This document shows, piece after piece, positions 1 through 7,508 of a DNA stretch of 62,810 nucleotides. Source of the DNA: a virus (Duplodnaviria > Caudoviricetes). The position numbers and the translations under genes are program-made. Positions within the stretch are counted from its first letter, which is position 1. Each line of letters opens with the position of its first letter. The notes below the pieces were generated by a model, which had not been told where the DNA came from, did no database searches, and worked only from the letters and a program-made list of their open reading frames with translations. Location: positions 1 to 62,810 of the IMG/VR virus record IMGVR_UViG_3300025652_007521. One strand, written 5' to 3'.

Positions 1-2
1 TA

Positions 3-92
3 GATCAAGATAGTGCGTTTAATCAATCTTATAGTTTAACTCAAAACTGTTTAAACCCTAACGGTTGTTCAATATCGGTATTACAGCAATGA
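3..92 (+). CDS. C-terminal end of an upstream protein, truncated by the window edge (possibly curlin-repeat-like secreted protein)
   Basis: Open frame from base 3, DQDSAFNQSYSLTQNCLNPNGCSISVLQQ*. Its TGA overlaps the cyclase ATG (ATGA, 89-92). Rich in Q/N/S with a terminal Cys pair. Confidence 0.55.
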   Translation, partial: DQDSAFNQSYSLTQNCLNPNGCSISVLQQ

Positions 93-1930
93 AATATATA
101 ACTTCCATTTGGTTTACATTTATAATCGTAGCATGTTTAATCGGTTTAAGAGTTAATGACTCTAATATAATACAAGAGTTAAGGTTAACAGTCTTTGATC
201 AATATATTAAATCGATACCTTTAAAAGAATCAAACGATATAGTGTTACTTAATATATCAGAAGAGTCATTAGGTTCATTAGGTCAGTATCCATTCCCTCG
301 CCAAACATATGCTCAAATGATATCTGATCTGCGTAACGCTAATGCTGGTATGATTGCATTCACTATGATGTTTCCAGAAGAAGATAGATTCGGGGGTGAT
401 GAAGTGTTCGCCTCGTGGATTAAAGACAATGGTATTATATTATCGCAAGATGCTGATCCTTCTGGTAGAAGTACAAGTGCACCTTATGTCGGCACTGCTA
501 TCTTTGGTAGAGGTGATCCACTTGATTGGGTTATTAAATACGATGGTCTTGTCACTAATATACCATCACTAGAAGAAGGTGCGTGGGGTCATGGTTTAAT
601 TAACGGCATGCCAGAAGTCGATGGTGTGGTACGAAGAATACCTTTGATCTCTCAAATAAACGATCAGTTATATCCATCACTCGCACTTGAAACAATAAGA
701 GTCATGAATGGTAAACCATCTTATACTGTAAAGGTAAATGAAATAGGTATCGAAGAAATTATATTAAGGCCATTTAGAATACCAACAGATGCGAATGGTT
801 CTATGTGGATCAATCCTAATTATAAGTTTACGGAAATAGACTACGTGTCCAATGTATCTCTACCTGATCTGAAAGGTCGTACTGTTCTGGTGGGGCTAAC
901 GGCCAAAGGTCTAGCTGCTCAGATTCCAACGTCAACTGGATTGCGTTCTGCTCATCAATTGCAAGCTGCTTCAATTTCCACCTTAATGGCGCAAGAAACT
1001 CTTCGTCGTCCCGTGTGGGCGGATCTTCTGGAGATTGTGGGAATGGCAGTTGGAGCTGTACTTCTTCTACTTGCCGTATATTATAGTCCGGTATGGTTTT
1101 CTGGTTCATTATTTGTTGTTCTCACATCATCATTAACTTATGGTTATTGGTATATATGGACAGAGAATAGTATATTATTATCACCACTCTGTTCTATAGT
1201 ATTATTTATAATCACATTTATGAGTGCTTCATTTAATAACTTCTATAAACAGTTTGTTTTACGTCAACAAATTAAGAAGCAGTTTGGTACATATCTATCA
1301 CCTGATATGGTGAATGCATTGCAGAAGGATCCATCGCTATTAAAGCTTGGTGGTGATCGTAAGGAGATGACATTCCTCTTTATGGATATATGTGGCTTCA
1401 CCCCCATATCAGAACACTATAAAAATAACGATGATCCAGAAGGATTGGTTGAATTGGTCAATGAGTTCCTTGATGCGATGACAAAGATTATATTAGCAAA
1501 TGGTGGTACAATCGATAAGTATATGGGTGATTGTATTATGGCGTTTTGGAATGCACCATTAGATTGTCCTAATCACGCTGATATGGCAGTTAAATCAGCA
1601 AGAGAGATAGAAGCTAAAACAAACGAATTAAAAGAAGTTTATAAGGAACGTGGACTACCTGATATAAACGTCGGCACTGGTATTAATACGGGTGATTGCA
1701 TTGTAGGTAATATGGGTAGTGAATCAAGGTTCGATTACTCAGTTATCGGTGATGCTGTAAACCTTGCAGCAAGATTAGAGGCGACAGCAGCTCGCCATGA
1801 ATATAAAGAGTATAAGACTATCATATCGTCCTATACTCGAGATCAATTAGAAGACCCAGATTCTTGCCCAGAAATAGGCAAGATCCATGTAAAAGGTAAG
1901 GAAGAAGAGATAACTATTTACGGGACGTGA
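89..1930 (+). CDS. CHASE2-domain membrane adenylate/guanylate cyclase (class III)
   Basis: N-terminal TM helix; CHASE2 motifs (LGQYPFPR, DGVVRRIPL, PSLALE); three TM helices; cyclase motifs FMDICGFT, DKYMGDCIMAFWNAP, GINTG..VGNMGS..RFDYSVIGDAVNLAARLE, VKGK. ATG 89 is preferred over TTG 65 because of the ATGA coupling. Confidence 0.93.
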   Translation: MKYITSIWFTFIIVACLIGLRVNDSNIIQELRLTVFDQYIKSIPLKESNDIVLLNISEESLGSLGQYPFPRQTYAQMISDLRNANAGMIAFTMMFPEEDRFGGDEVFASWIKDNGIILSQDADPSGRSTSAPYVGTAIFGRGDPLDWVIKYDGLVTNIPSLEEGAWGHGLINGMPEVDGVVRRIPLISQINDQLYPSLALETIRVMNGKPSYTVKVNEIGIEEIILRPFRIPTDANGSMWINPNYKFTEIDYVSNVSLPDLKGRTVLVGLTAKGLAAQIPTSTGLRSAHQLQAASISTLMAQETLRRPVWADLLEIVGMAVGAVLLLLAVYYSPVWFSGSLFVVLTSSLTYGYWYIWTENSILLSPLCSIVLFIITFMSASFNNFYKQFVLRQQIKKQFGTYLSPDMVNALQKDPSLLKLGGDRKEMTFLFMDICGFTPISEHYKNNDDPEGLVELVNEFLDAMTKIILANGGTIDKYMGDCIMAFWNAPLDCPNHADMAVKSAREIEAKTNELKEVYKERGLPDINVGTGINTGDCIVGNMGSESRFDYSVIGDAVNLAARLEATAARHEYKEYKTIISSYTRDQLEDPDSCPEIGKIHVKGKEEEITIYGT

Positions 1931-1960
1931 CCAATTATTTAGTTTTGGTCTCACTTAAAG

Positions 1961-1990
1961 GTGTACAAACGTGCTTATATGTAGTATAAT
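1961..1990 (+). promoter_or_regulatory. Early sigma70-type promoter
   Basis: GTGTACA, 17-nt spacer, TATAAT, upstream of an AAGGAG RBS and ATG 2020. Confidence 0.75.
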
Positions 1991-2019
1991 AGCTATATAA
2001 ATTAATCAAAGGAGACATT

Positions 2020-2433
2020 ATGCTTATTCATGTTACAGGTTCTACCAAAGACAAAAGAGCTCTGGCGCAAAAAACCGTAGCATGGTCTATTAAAAAGCTT
2101 GGCCTTAATAGAATGTCTTCTTTAAGTATTGATGTCATATTACGTAAAATGAAAAAAGATGAGTACGGTTACTGTAATATTATCGAAAGCAACAGAAGCT
2201 TTATTATCGATGTGAATAAAAACGTTTCACTAAAAGATTTTGTTTCAACCATTATTCACGAAATGGTACATGTAAAACAATTTGCAAGGAATGAAATGAG
2301 TGCATACGGCATGCGTTGGAAAACAAAAACCGTTTCAGAAAATACAAAGTATGTAGATCTTCCGTGGGAAAAAGAAGCTTACAAACTTGAAGCAAAACTA
2401 ATTGAATTAATTTGGAAAGAGAATATATTATGA
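2020..2433 (+). CDS. Small zincin-type metallopeptidase-like protein
   Basis: HEMVHVKQ (HExxH) motif and downstream PWEKEAY; good RBS. Confidence 0.75.
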   Translation: MLIHVTGSTKDKRALAQKTVAWSIKKLGLNRMSSLSIDVILRKMKKDEYGYCNIIESNRSFIIDVNKNVSLKDFVSTIIHEMVHVKQFARNEMSAYGMRWKTKTVSENTKYVDLPWEKEAYKLEAKLIELIWKENIL

Positions 2434-2636
2434 ACCCAGTATACAATGACTTTATATCAGATCGCATTAAGAATGCACTTGTCGAATCATCAGTTGATGA
2501 TGCAATTATCCATGATGTAAGTGGTCCTCACATGGACTTGGATCCTGAAGAAGGCTTCCTTGTATCATTAAAGCGTACCATTAAGGTTATGGACGAAAAC
2601 GGAAACACTTACAAAATCACTATTGAGAAGGACTAA
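2430..2636 (+). CDS. Hypothetical protein
   Basis: ATGA overlap with the previous stop; 68-aa ORF in the early operon. Confidence 0.7.
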   Translation: MNPVYNDFISDRIKNALVESSVDDAIIHDVSGPHMDLDPEEGFLVSLKRTIKVMDENGNTYKITIEKD

Positions 2637-2639
2637 ATT

Positions 2640-2843
2640 ATGTTAGTATATAGAACAAACATTATTACCGATGAAGTTAAGTCAATGGACTTACCAGTAA
2701 CTCAAAAGCAACTTGATATATACGAGAATACAAACACTCTCGTTCAAGATGTTTTTCCTGATCTAACTGCAGACCAACGCGAGTTTCTTATTTCCGGAAT
2801 GACACCTAATGATTTTACTTTACTATGTGAAGATAATTTTTAA
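2640..2843 (+). CDS. Hypothetical phage protein
   Basis: AAGGA RBS. The LVQDVFPDLTADQREFLISG motif resembles a recurring small phage family. Confidence 0.75.
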   Translation: MLVYRTNIITDEVKSMDLPVTQKQLDIYENTNTLVQDVFPDLTADQREFLISGMTPNDFTLLCEDNF

Positions 2844-2861
2844 AAATAATTGTAAAAAACT

Positions 2862-2891
2862 GTTTACATTGCTTTAAAACTGTGTTATAAT
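2862..2891 (+). promoter_or_regulatory. Early promoter (T4-early-like)
   Basis: GTTTACA, N17, TATAAT with extended -10 TGTGTTATAAT and an A-rich UP element. Confidence 0.85.
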
Positions 2892-2919
2892 ACACATTAT
2901 ATTATACAAGGATTACATT

Positions 2920-3186
2920 ATGACAAAACCTCTTACTCAAGCTCAACGTTTACGTATGATCAAAAAAGCTCACAAAAATGTTGTGAAGAAACAAAAAGTC
3001 TCTGAACGTAAAGCGCTCCAAGAAACACGAGCTCTCACTAAAGCTGTTAAAAAGGCTGGTCAACATGCACCAAAAAATCTTGATGCGTTTAGCGAAGAAA
3101 GCATGTATTACAGTGACAAGGAAGTAAACGATTACATTAAAGGATCTTCGATATACGAATCATATCAATCTATGCAGGACGAATGA
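2920..3186 (+). CDS. Hypothetical basic early protein
   Basis: AAGGA RBS, directly behind the early promoter; Lys-rich N-terminal half, acidic C-terminus. Confidence 0.75.
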   Translation: MTKPLTQAQRLRMIKKAHKNVVKKQKVSERKALQETRALTKAVKKAGQHAPKNLDAFSEESMYYSDKEVNDYIKGSSIYESYQSMQDE

Positions 3187-3187
3187 T

Positions 3188-3484
3188 ATGATGTATACTA
3201 ATTCATTGCGTTATGACATACATGGTCGTAAGCGTAAATCAAAGGCACTTAATACTACTAAAAAGTATAAGCCAGAATTTAAGCCAATGGAAGTAAAGTC
3301 AGTACATCCATCTTATGAGGATAGACAAGAATATAAGTCTGCTCCTCTTACGCCACCTCAAAATACCGTACAGGATGATTCTTATAAAAAAGAAATCTCA
3401 GCGCAATATACTGTATCAATTGCTTTTAACAAAGGTGCGTATCAAGTAGTTCCAAACAGCGATATTAAACACATTGGAAAATAA
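3188..3484 (+). CDS. Conserved hypothetical T4-like phage protein
   Basis: C-terminal YTVSIAFNKGAYQVV motif recurs in T4-like phages; tight operon packing. Confidence 0.75.
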   Translation: MMYTNSLRYDIHGRKRKSKALNTTKKYKPEFKPMEVKSVHPSYEDRQEYKSAPLTPPQNTVQDDSYKKEISAQYTVSIAFNKGAYQVVPNSDIKHIGK

Positions 3485-3486
3485 TT

Positions 3487-3516
3487 GTTTACATTACTTT
3501 AAAAGTATGATATAAT
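3487..3516 (+). promoter_or_regulatory. Early promoter (T4-early-like)
   Basis: GTTTACA, N17, TATAAT with TG extension, followed by an AGGAG RBS. Confidence 0.85.
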
Positions 3517-3540
3517 ATAGTTATTATATAGGAGACAGAT

Positions 3541-4716
3541 ATGTCAGTACAATTAGATAAGCAACGTGCCAAAGGCAGAAAGAATCGAACATCAATTGAA
3601 AGTCAATACCTTGGTCCAATGCCAGTCTTTGATGCAACCACCACCCCCGATCTAGATAAAGATTACAATGGCTATTGGAATGCGTGGAGTAAAGCTGCAA
3701 ACTGGTTTAATTACAAGTTCAGTGGTAAAGACTTTAAAGCGTATGCTATTAGTTATGCAACTGAATATCTAAAAGTTTCCAAAGATGATCTACGTAACTT
3801 AAAGAAAGTTAAAGATGATAAGTTCCTACCAGTCTCTAAGCTAACTGCTATTCACTTTACTGGTTTTAATTATCACTCTGATGAACGTACTCTTATTGAA
3901 AACTCTATTAAAGCTCTTATTGATATCGGTAAACAAATTGCAGAAGAAGTTGTAGAAGATACGGCTGAACCTAAGGTAGTTATATCGATTCAAGATCGTA
4001 TGCGTACTAAAATGATGGAAACACTCTATGCTGAGTTTGATGAAACTGTTATTGAACCTTGGCTTGATGATAATTTCTCTTCTACGTTTGACGCATTCAA
4101 TGCGATTAAGCGACATGGTATTAAAGGTCCTGGTGTTAAAATGTTTGCTGATCAGGTAAAGCCATTGTATGATGAATTAAATGATGCATACAATAAAGAC
4201 TGTGAACAAGCTGTGGAAGGTTATTCACATTGGTCAAGACCACAACTAAAGAAAGCCATCAAGCAACTCGAAACAGTTTTATCTGATATCGAAAAAACTC
4301 AAATGGCAAATAAGGCTGTACGTAAGACACGTGCTATTAAACCTAAAGCATCTGATAAGCAAGTAGCTAAGCTTAATTATCTTAAAGATGATAATGCTAG
4401 TAAGCTAGCGTCCATCAGTCCTATTCAGATCCCAGGCGCTAAGGTCTTATATGTCTATAACGTTAAGCAAAAGAAGCTTACAGAGTTCGTTACAGATAAC
4501 TCTGCAGGGTTTATGGTATCAGGTTCAACACTTAAAAACTTTGATACTACATTGAGTAGATCATGTGGCCTTCGAAAGCCTGATGATATACTACCACAGA
4601 TTCTTAAGAAGACTCAGAAGCAGATTGATAATGTCTTTAAGGGACTCACCACGAAGGTCAGTGTTCCAGCTGGTCGAATCAACAAGGATTGTATATTACT
4701 GAGGGTTATGAATTGA
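3541..4716 (+). CDS. Conserved hypothetical protein of T4-like phages, upstream of gp33
   Basis: 391-aa ORF with a strong RBS; C-terminal LRKP...GRINKDCILLRV motif; function unknown. Confidence 0.8.
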   Translation: MSVQLDKQRAKGRKNRTSIESQYLGPMPVFDATTTPDLDKDYNGYWNAWSKAANWFNYKFSGKDFKAYAISYATEYLKVSKDDLRNLKKVKDDKFLPVSKLTAIHFTGFNYHSDERTLIENSIKALIDIGKQIAEEVVEDTAEPKVVISIQDRMRTKMMETLYAEFDETVIEPWLDDNFSSTFDAFNAIKRHGIKGPGVKMFADQVKPLYDELNDAYNKDCEQAVEGYSHWSRPQLKKAIKQLETVLSDIEKTQMANKAVRKTRAIKPKASDKQVAKLNYLKDDNASKLASISPIQIPGAKVLYVYNVKQKKLTEFVTDNSAGFMVSGSTLKNFDTTLSRSCGLRKPDDILPQILKKTQKQIDNVFKGLTTKVSVPAGRINKDCILLRVMN

Positions 4717-4955
4717 GTGAATTAGAAGATTATAAAATCATGACAAAGAAACGATTCTCTGCTGCAGTTGAATCAATTGTTATAACTAAACGGCTAAGTT
4801 ATATTGATGCTATTACAGACTTAGCTGAAGAAAGAATGATGGACTATGCAAATGTAAAAAGGTTACTATCAGACTCCATTAAACAAAAGCTTGAAGTAGA
4901 AGCAGCTGAATTAAGATTAATAAAAGTAGAAACAGGAAATAAGTTACCATTATGA
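4713..4955 (+). CDS. gp33: Late transcription co-activator gp33
   Basis: F...VE.....LSYIDAI.......L...IKQKLEVEA..L.L pattern; lies near dsbA/59/32. TTG start chosen from the GAGGG RBS at 4701. Confidence 0.85.
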   Translation: MSELEDYKIMTKKRFSAAVESIVITKRLSYIDAITDLAEERMMDYANVKRLLSDSIKQKLEVEAAELRLIKVETGNKLPL

Positions 4956-5365
4956 AAGTAGGATTTACTTGTAGTACATTTGATTTATTACATGCTGGTC
5001 ATGTACAAATGTTACGTGAAGCAAAAAACCATTGTGATTACTTATTGGTAGGATTACAAGTAGATCCTAGTCTTGATAGAAAAGAAAAGAATCAACCTGT
5101 ACAAACCATTATTGAACGCTATACACAACTCAAAGCAGTCGGTTATGTAGACGAGATTATTCCATACGGAACAGAGCAAGACCTTGAAGATATATTATCA
5201 ATGTATGCTATTAATGTTCGTATACTAGGTGAAGAGTATCGTGATAAAGATTTTACCGGTAAGGATATATGTCGTAAGCGTGATATTGATTTGTACTTTA
5301 ATAAACGAGATCATCGGTTTAGTTCAAGTGATCTTAGAAACAGAGTATGTACCAAAACTATTTAA
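4952..5365 (+). CDS. Glycerol-3-phosphate cytidylyltransferase-like (TagD family) nucleotidyltransferase
   Basis: GFTCSTFDLLHAGH (HxGH) motif, VDEII, and the C-terminal R.H.FSSS.LR motif. Confidence 0.88.
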   Translation: MKVGFTCSTFDLLHAGHVQMLREAKNHCDYLLVGLQVDPSLDRKEKNQPVQTIIERYTQLKAVGYVDEIIPYGTEQDLEDILSMYAINVRILGEEYRDKDFTGKDICRKRDIDLYFNKRDHRFSSSDLRNRVCTKTI

Positions 5366-5387
5366 TTAAACAACAAAGGAAACAACA

Positions 5388-5645
5388 ATGAGTATTATTA
5401 TTCCATCATCACCCGCAGATCGTAAGACCATTAAAGATGCAATGACTGAAATTTCTAATTCAATGGTTCGTATCGAAGGTGAAAAAGCTTTTATCAAAGA
5501 AGCAATTGAAGAACTAAATGATAAAGTTGATATCGATAAGAAGTATCTAAATAAGCTGGCTCGAGTATATCATAAACAAACTCTTGCTCAAGCCACTGCA
5601 GAAATGGAAGACCTAGAAGCACTATATGAGTCTTGCCTTAAGTAA
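5388..5645 (+). CDS. dsbA: Double-stranded DNA-binding protein (T4 DsbA-like)
   Basis: 85 aa, helical, with L.KLARVYHKQ motif; neighbours gp33 and gp59 as in T4. Confidence 0.7.
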   Translation: MSIIIPSSPADRKTIKDAMTEISNSMVRIEGEKAFIKEAIEELNDKVDIDKKYLNKLARVYHKQTLAQATAEMEDLEALYESCLK

Positions 5646-5646
5646 A

Positions 5647-6234
5647 ATGGATCCATTCGAGTCTTATAAACTGTATAACGCATTAAAGCTACATTTTGAA
5701 ACAGATGGGTATGATGCTGTTAAGTACCGTTATAAGACTCGGGTGAATCCTCAATCTTTCTTTAAACGTAGAGACAAGTATTTCTTTGCTAAGCTGGGTA
5801 AGACATACGGTAAAGATCTTGTTAAGTATTATGTGTCTAACTTTATAAAGGATGTAGGATATGTAGGTGATATGCTAGGTCCTGATGGAGAAGCTAACTA
5901 TAATGATATGATGAAGGTACATGAATCTTTATCGTATAGGTTTAAAAATGATATAAATATATTATCATCAATGGTCAACTCATTTGATGAATTGCTAGAG
6001 TGTCAAGATAACGAATACCCAGTAGTTATTAAAGCATTCATGCAAGAAGAAATTTGTTTAGAAACTGTGGTCATACTAAATAAACTCACAAGGTTTATTG
6101 ATAGGGCAGATAAACAAATAACCGAGACTATCATGTGGCCTGATATCTCACGTAAAGTTCATAAATACGATCCATACGTTTCGATTGACCGAGACAAAAT
6201 GAAAAAGATTGTAATGAAGTCCTTTACAAATTAG
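5647..6234 (+). CDS. gp59: Helicase loader gp59
   Basis: Y..Y.ALKLHF...YD..KY and F.KR.DKYFF.KL motifs, I.LET..IL; immediately upstream of gp32. Confidence 0.88.
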   Translation: MDPFESYKLYNALKLHFETDGYDAVKYRYKTRVNPQSFFKRRDKYFFAKLGKTYGKDLVKYYVSNFIKDVGYVGDMLGPDGEANYNDMMKVHESLSYRFKNDINILSSMVNSFDELLECQDNEYPVVIKAFMQEEICLETVVILNKLTRFIDRADKQITETIMWPDISRKVHKYDPYVSIDRDKMKKIVMKSFTN

Positions 6235-6251
6235 TGATAATGTGTTATAAT
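6223..6251 (+). promoter_or_regulatory. Early promoter for gp32
   Basis: TTTACA, N17, TATAAT with extended -10 TGTGTTATAAT. Confidence 0.8.
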
Positions 6252-6315
6252 ATAATCTATATTATGTATAAAGTGGATAATTCAGACAATACAAAACATA
6301 CATCGGAGAAAAAAT

Positions 6316-7209
6316 ATGTCTTTAAGTAATTTAAAATCTAGTCGTGGCTCGTCCATTGACAAACTCGTTCAAGCAGCAGAAGCTGTATCTCAAAAAGCAG
6401 AAACAAAATCATACGGTGATGACCGTTTTTGGAAACCCTCACGCGATAAAGCTGGTAATGGCTATGCAGTAGTTCGTTTCCTTCCGCCTAAGGAAGGTGA
6501 AGATCTACCGTGGGCTCGTTATTGGGATCATGGTTTTCAAGGTCCAACCGGTATGTGGTATATCGAAAACTCATTGACTTCTATTGGACAGGATGATCCA
6601 GTTTCAGAAGCAAACACCATTCTATGGAATAGTGGTCGAGATGAAGATAAAGCACTTGCTCGTGAACGTAAGCGTCGTTTACATTATGTTTCAAATATCC
6701 TTGTTATCTCGGATCCTTCTAACCCAGAGAATGAAGGTAAAGTATTCCTTTATAAGTTTGGTAAGAAAATCTTTGATAAGATTATGGATGTAATGCAACC
6801 TCAATTCCAAGATGAAGATCCTGTCAACCCTTATGATTTCTGGGAAGGTGCTGACTTTAAGATTAAGATTCGTAAGGTTGAAGGTTGGGTTAACTACGAC
6901 AAGTCAGAGTTTGGTTCTCAGTCTGCTCTATTTAATTCGGATGAAGATAAACTAGAAGAAGTATATTCTAAGGTTCATTCTTTAACTGATTTTACTAAGC
7001 CTGAAAACTATAAGTCTTATGCAGAATTGAAAGCTAAGTTCAATAAGGTTCTAGGTGTAGAAGCTGGTCCTATTGCTGCAGAACCTGTAGTAGCTCAATC
7101 GGTTGCTGAACCAGTCATGGCTGCTGAATCTGCTCCGGTAGGTAATACAGCTGAAGCTGAAGAAGATGATACTCTTAGCTACTTTGCTAAGCTAGCTCAA
7201 GAGAGTTAA
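6316..7209 (+). CDS. gp32: Single-stranded DNA-binding protein gp32
   Basis: DDRFWKP..DKAGNGYAVVRFLP, HGFQGPTGMWYIENSLT, KFGKKIFDKI, NYDKSEF; acidic tail ending DDTLSYFAKLA. Confidence 0.97.
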   Translation: MSLSNLKSSRGSSIDKLVQAAEAVSQKAETKSYGDDRFWKPSRDKAGNGYAVVRFLPPKEGEDLPWARYWDHGFQGPTGMWYIENSLTSIGQDDPVSEANTILWNSGRDEDKALARERKRRLHYVSNILVISDPSNPENEGKVFLYKFGKKIFDKIMDVMQPQFQDEDPVNPYDFWEGADFKIKIRKVEGWVNYDKSEFGSQSALFNSDEDKLEEVYSKVHSLTDFTKPENYKSYAELKAKFNKVLGVEAGPIAAEPVVAQSVAEPVMAAESAPVGNTAEAEEDDTLSYFAKLAQES

Positions 7210-7212
7210 ACA

Positions 7213-7274
7213 CCGTAGTAAAACCTACGGGCCAATAAGAAGTATGGGCTTTGCGTCTAACATTGGAACCATAC
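7213..7274 (+). ncRNA. Candidate structured RNA: hairpin plus pseudoknot downstream of gp32
   Basis: CCGTAG/CTACGG hairpin (7213-7230); crossing helices CCAAT(7232-36)/ATTGG(7262-66) and GTATGG(7242-47)/CCATAC(7269-74). Confidence 0.5.
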
Positions 7275-7282
7275 CACCCTTT

Positions 7283-7310
7283 AAAGGAGTCCTTCGGGGC
7301 TCCTTTTTTT
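7283..7310 (+). terminator. Rho-independent terminator after gp32
   Basis: AAAGGAGTCC-TTCG-GGGCTCC-TTTTTTT, with a UUCG tetraloop and U-tract. Confidence 0.93.
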
Positions 7311-7320
7311 ATATATAATA

Positions 7321-7397
7321 TAGAGTGGTCATCTTTATCGACTCGCATAGGTTCATGCGTCAAAACGAATCGTATAATCCGAACAAGGAGAATTACG
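7321..7397 (+). ncRNA. Candidate cis-regulatory leader RNA of the YRG peptide gene
   Basis: Hairpin CGCAT-AGGTTC-ATGCG, extendable by GA/TC. The loop GTTC is complementary to GAAC (7381-84), which abuts the AAGGAG RBS. Confidence 0.4.
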
Positions 7398-7457
7398 ATG
7401 AAAGAACTAGTATATATCTATCGTGGTGTAAAATACGTAAAGCAAGTAAAAGCGTAA
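7398..7457 (+). CDS. 19-aa YRG-motif peptide (DUF4278-like), MKELVYIYRGVKYVKQVKA
   Basis: AAGGAG RBS 7 nt before ATG, YRGVKY motif and its own terminator. This is the real 3' part of track ORF 7251..7457. Confidence 0.8.
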   Translation: MKELVYIYRGVKYVKQVKA

Positions 7458-7465
7458 ACCAAACC

Positions 7466-7493
7466 GAGGACTCGCAATGGGTCCTCTTTTTTT
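7466..7493 (+). terminator. Rho-independent terminator after the YRG peptide
   Basis: GAGGACTC-GCAAT-GGGTCCTC-TTTTTTT. Confidence 0.88.
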
Positions 7494-7495
7494 AT

Positions 7496-7503
7496 TATAA
7501 ATA
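7496..7503 (+). promoter_or_regulatory. T4-type late promoter (gp55-dependent)
   Basis: TATAAATA, 5 nt before the gp4 ATG. Confidence 0.85.
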
Positions 7504-7508
7504 ATGTT

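Noticed and set aside
1926-2845. CRP boxes near early promoters linked to the cyclase
   Set aside because: Only half-sites (CGTGA at 1926, TGTGA at 2826) were seen, with no TGTGA-N6-TCACA match.
7231-7274. Assignment as an HDV-like/theta ribozyme or preQ1/SAM riboswitch
   Set aside because: The helix order is suggestive, but the family-defining nucleotides are not visible. It is kept only as an unassigned structured RNA.
7251-7397. 5' part of track ORF 7251..7457 as coding
   Set aside because: It crosses a strong terminator, and the only good RBS points to ATG 7398.
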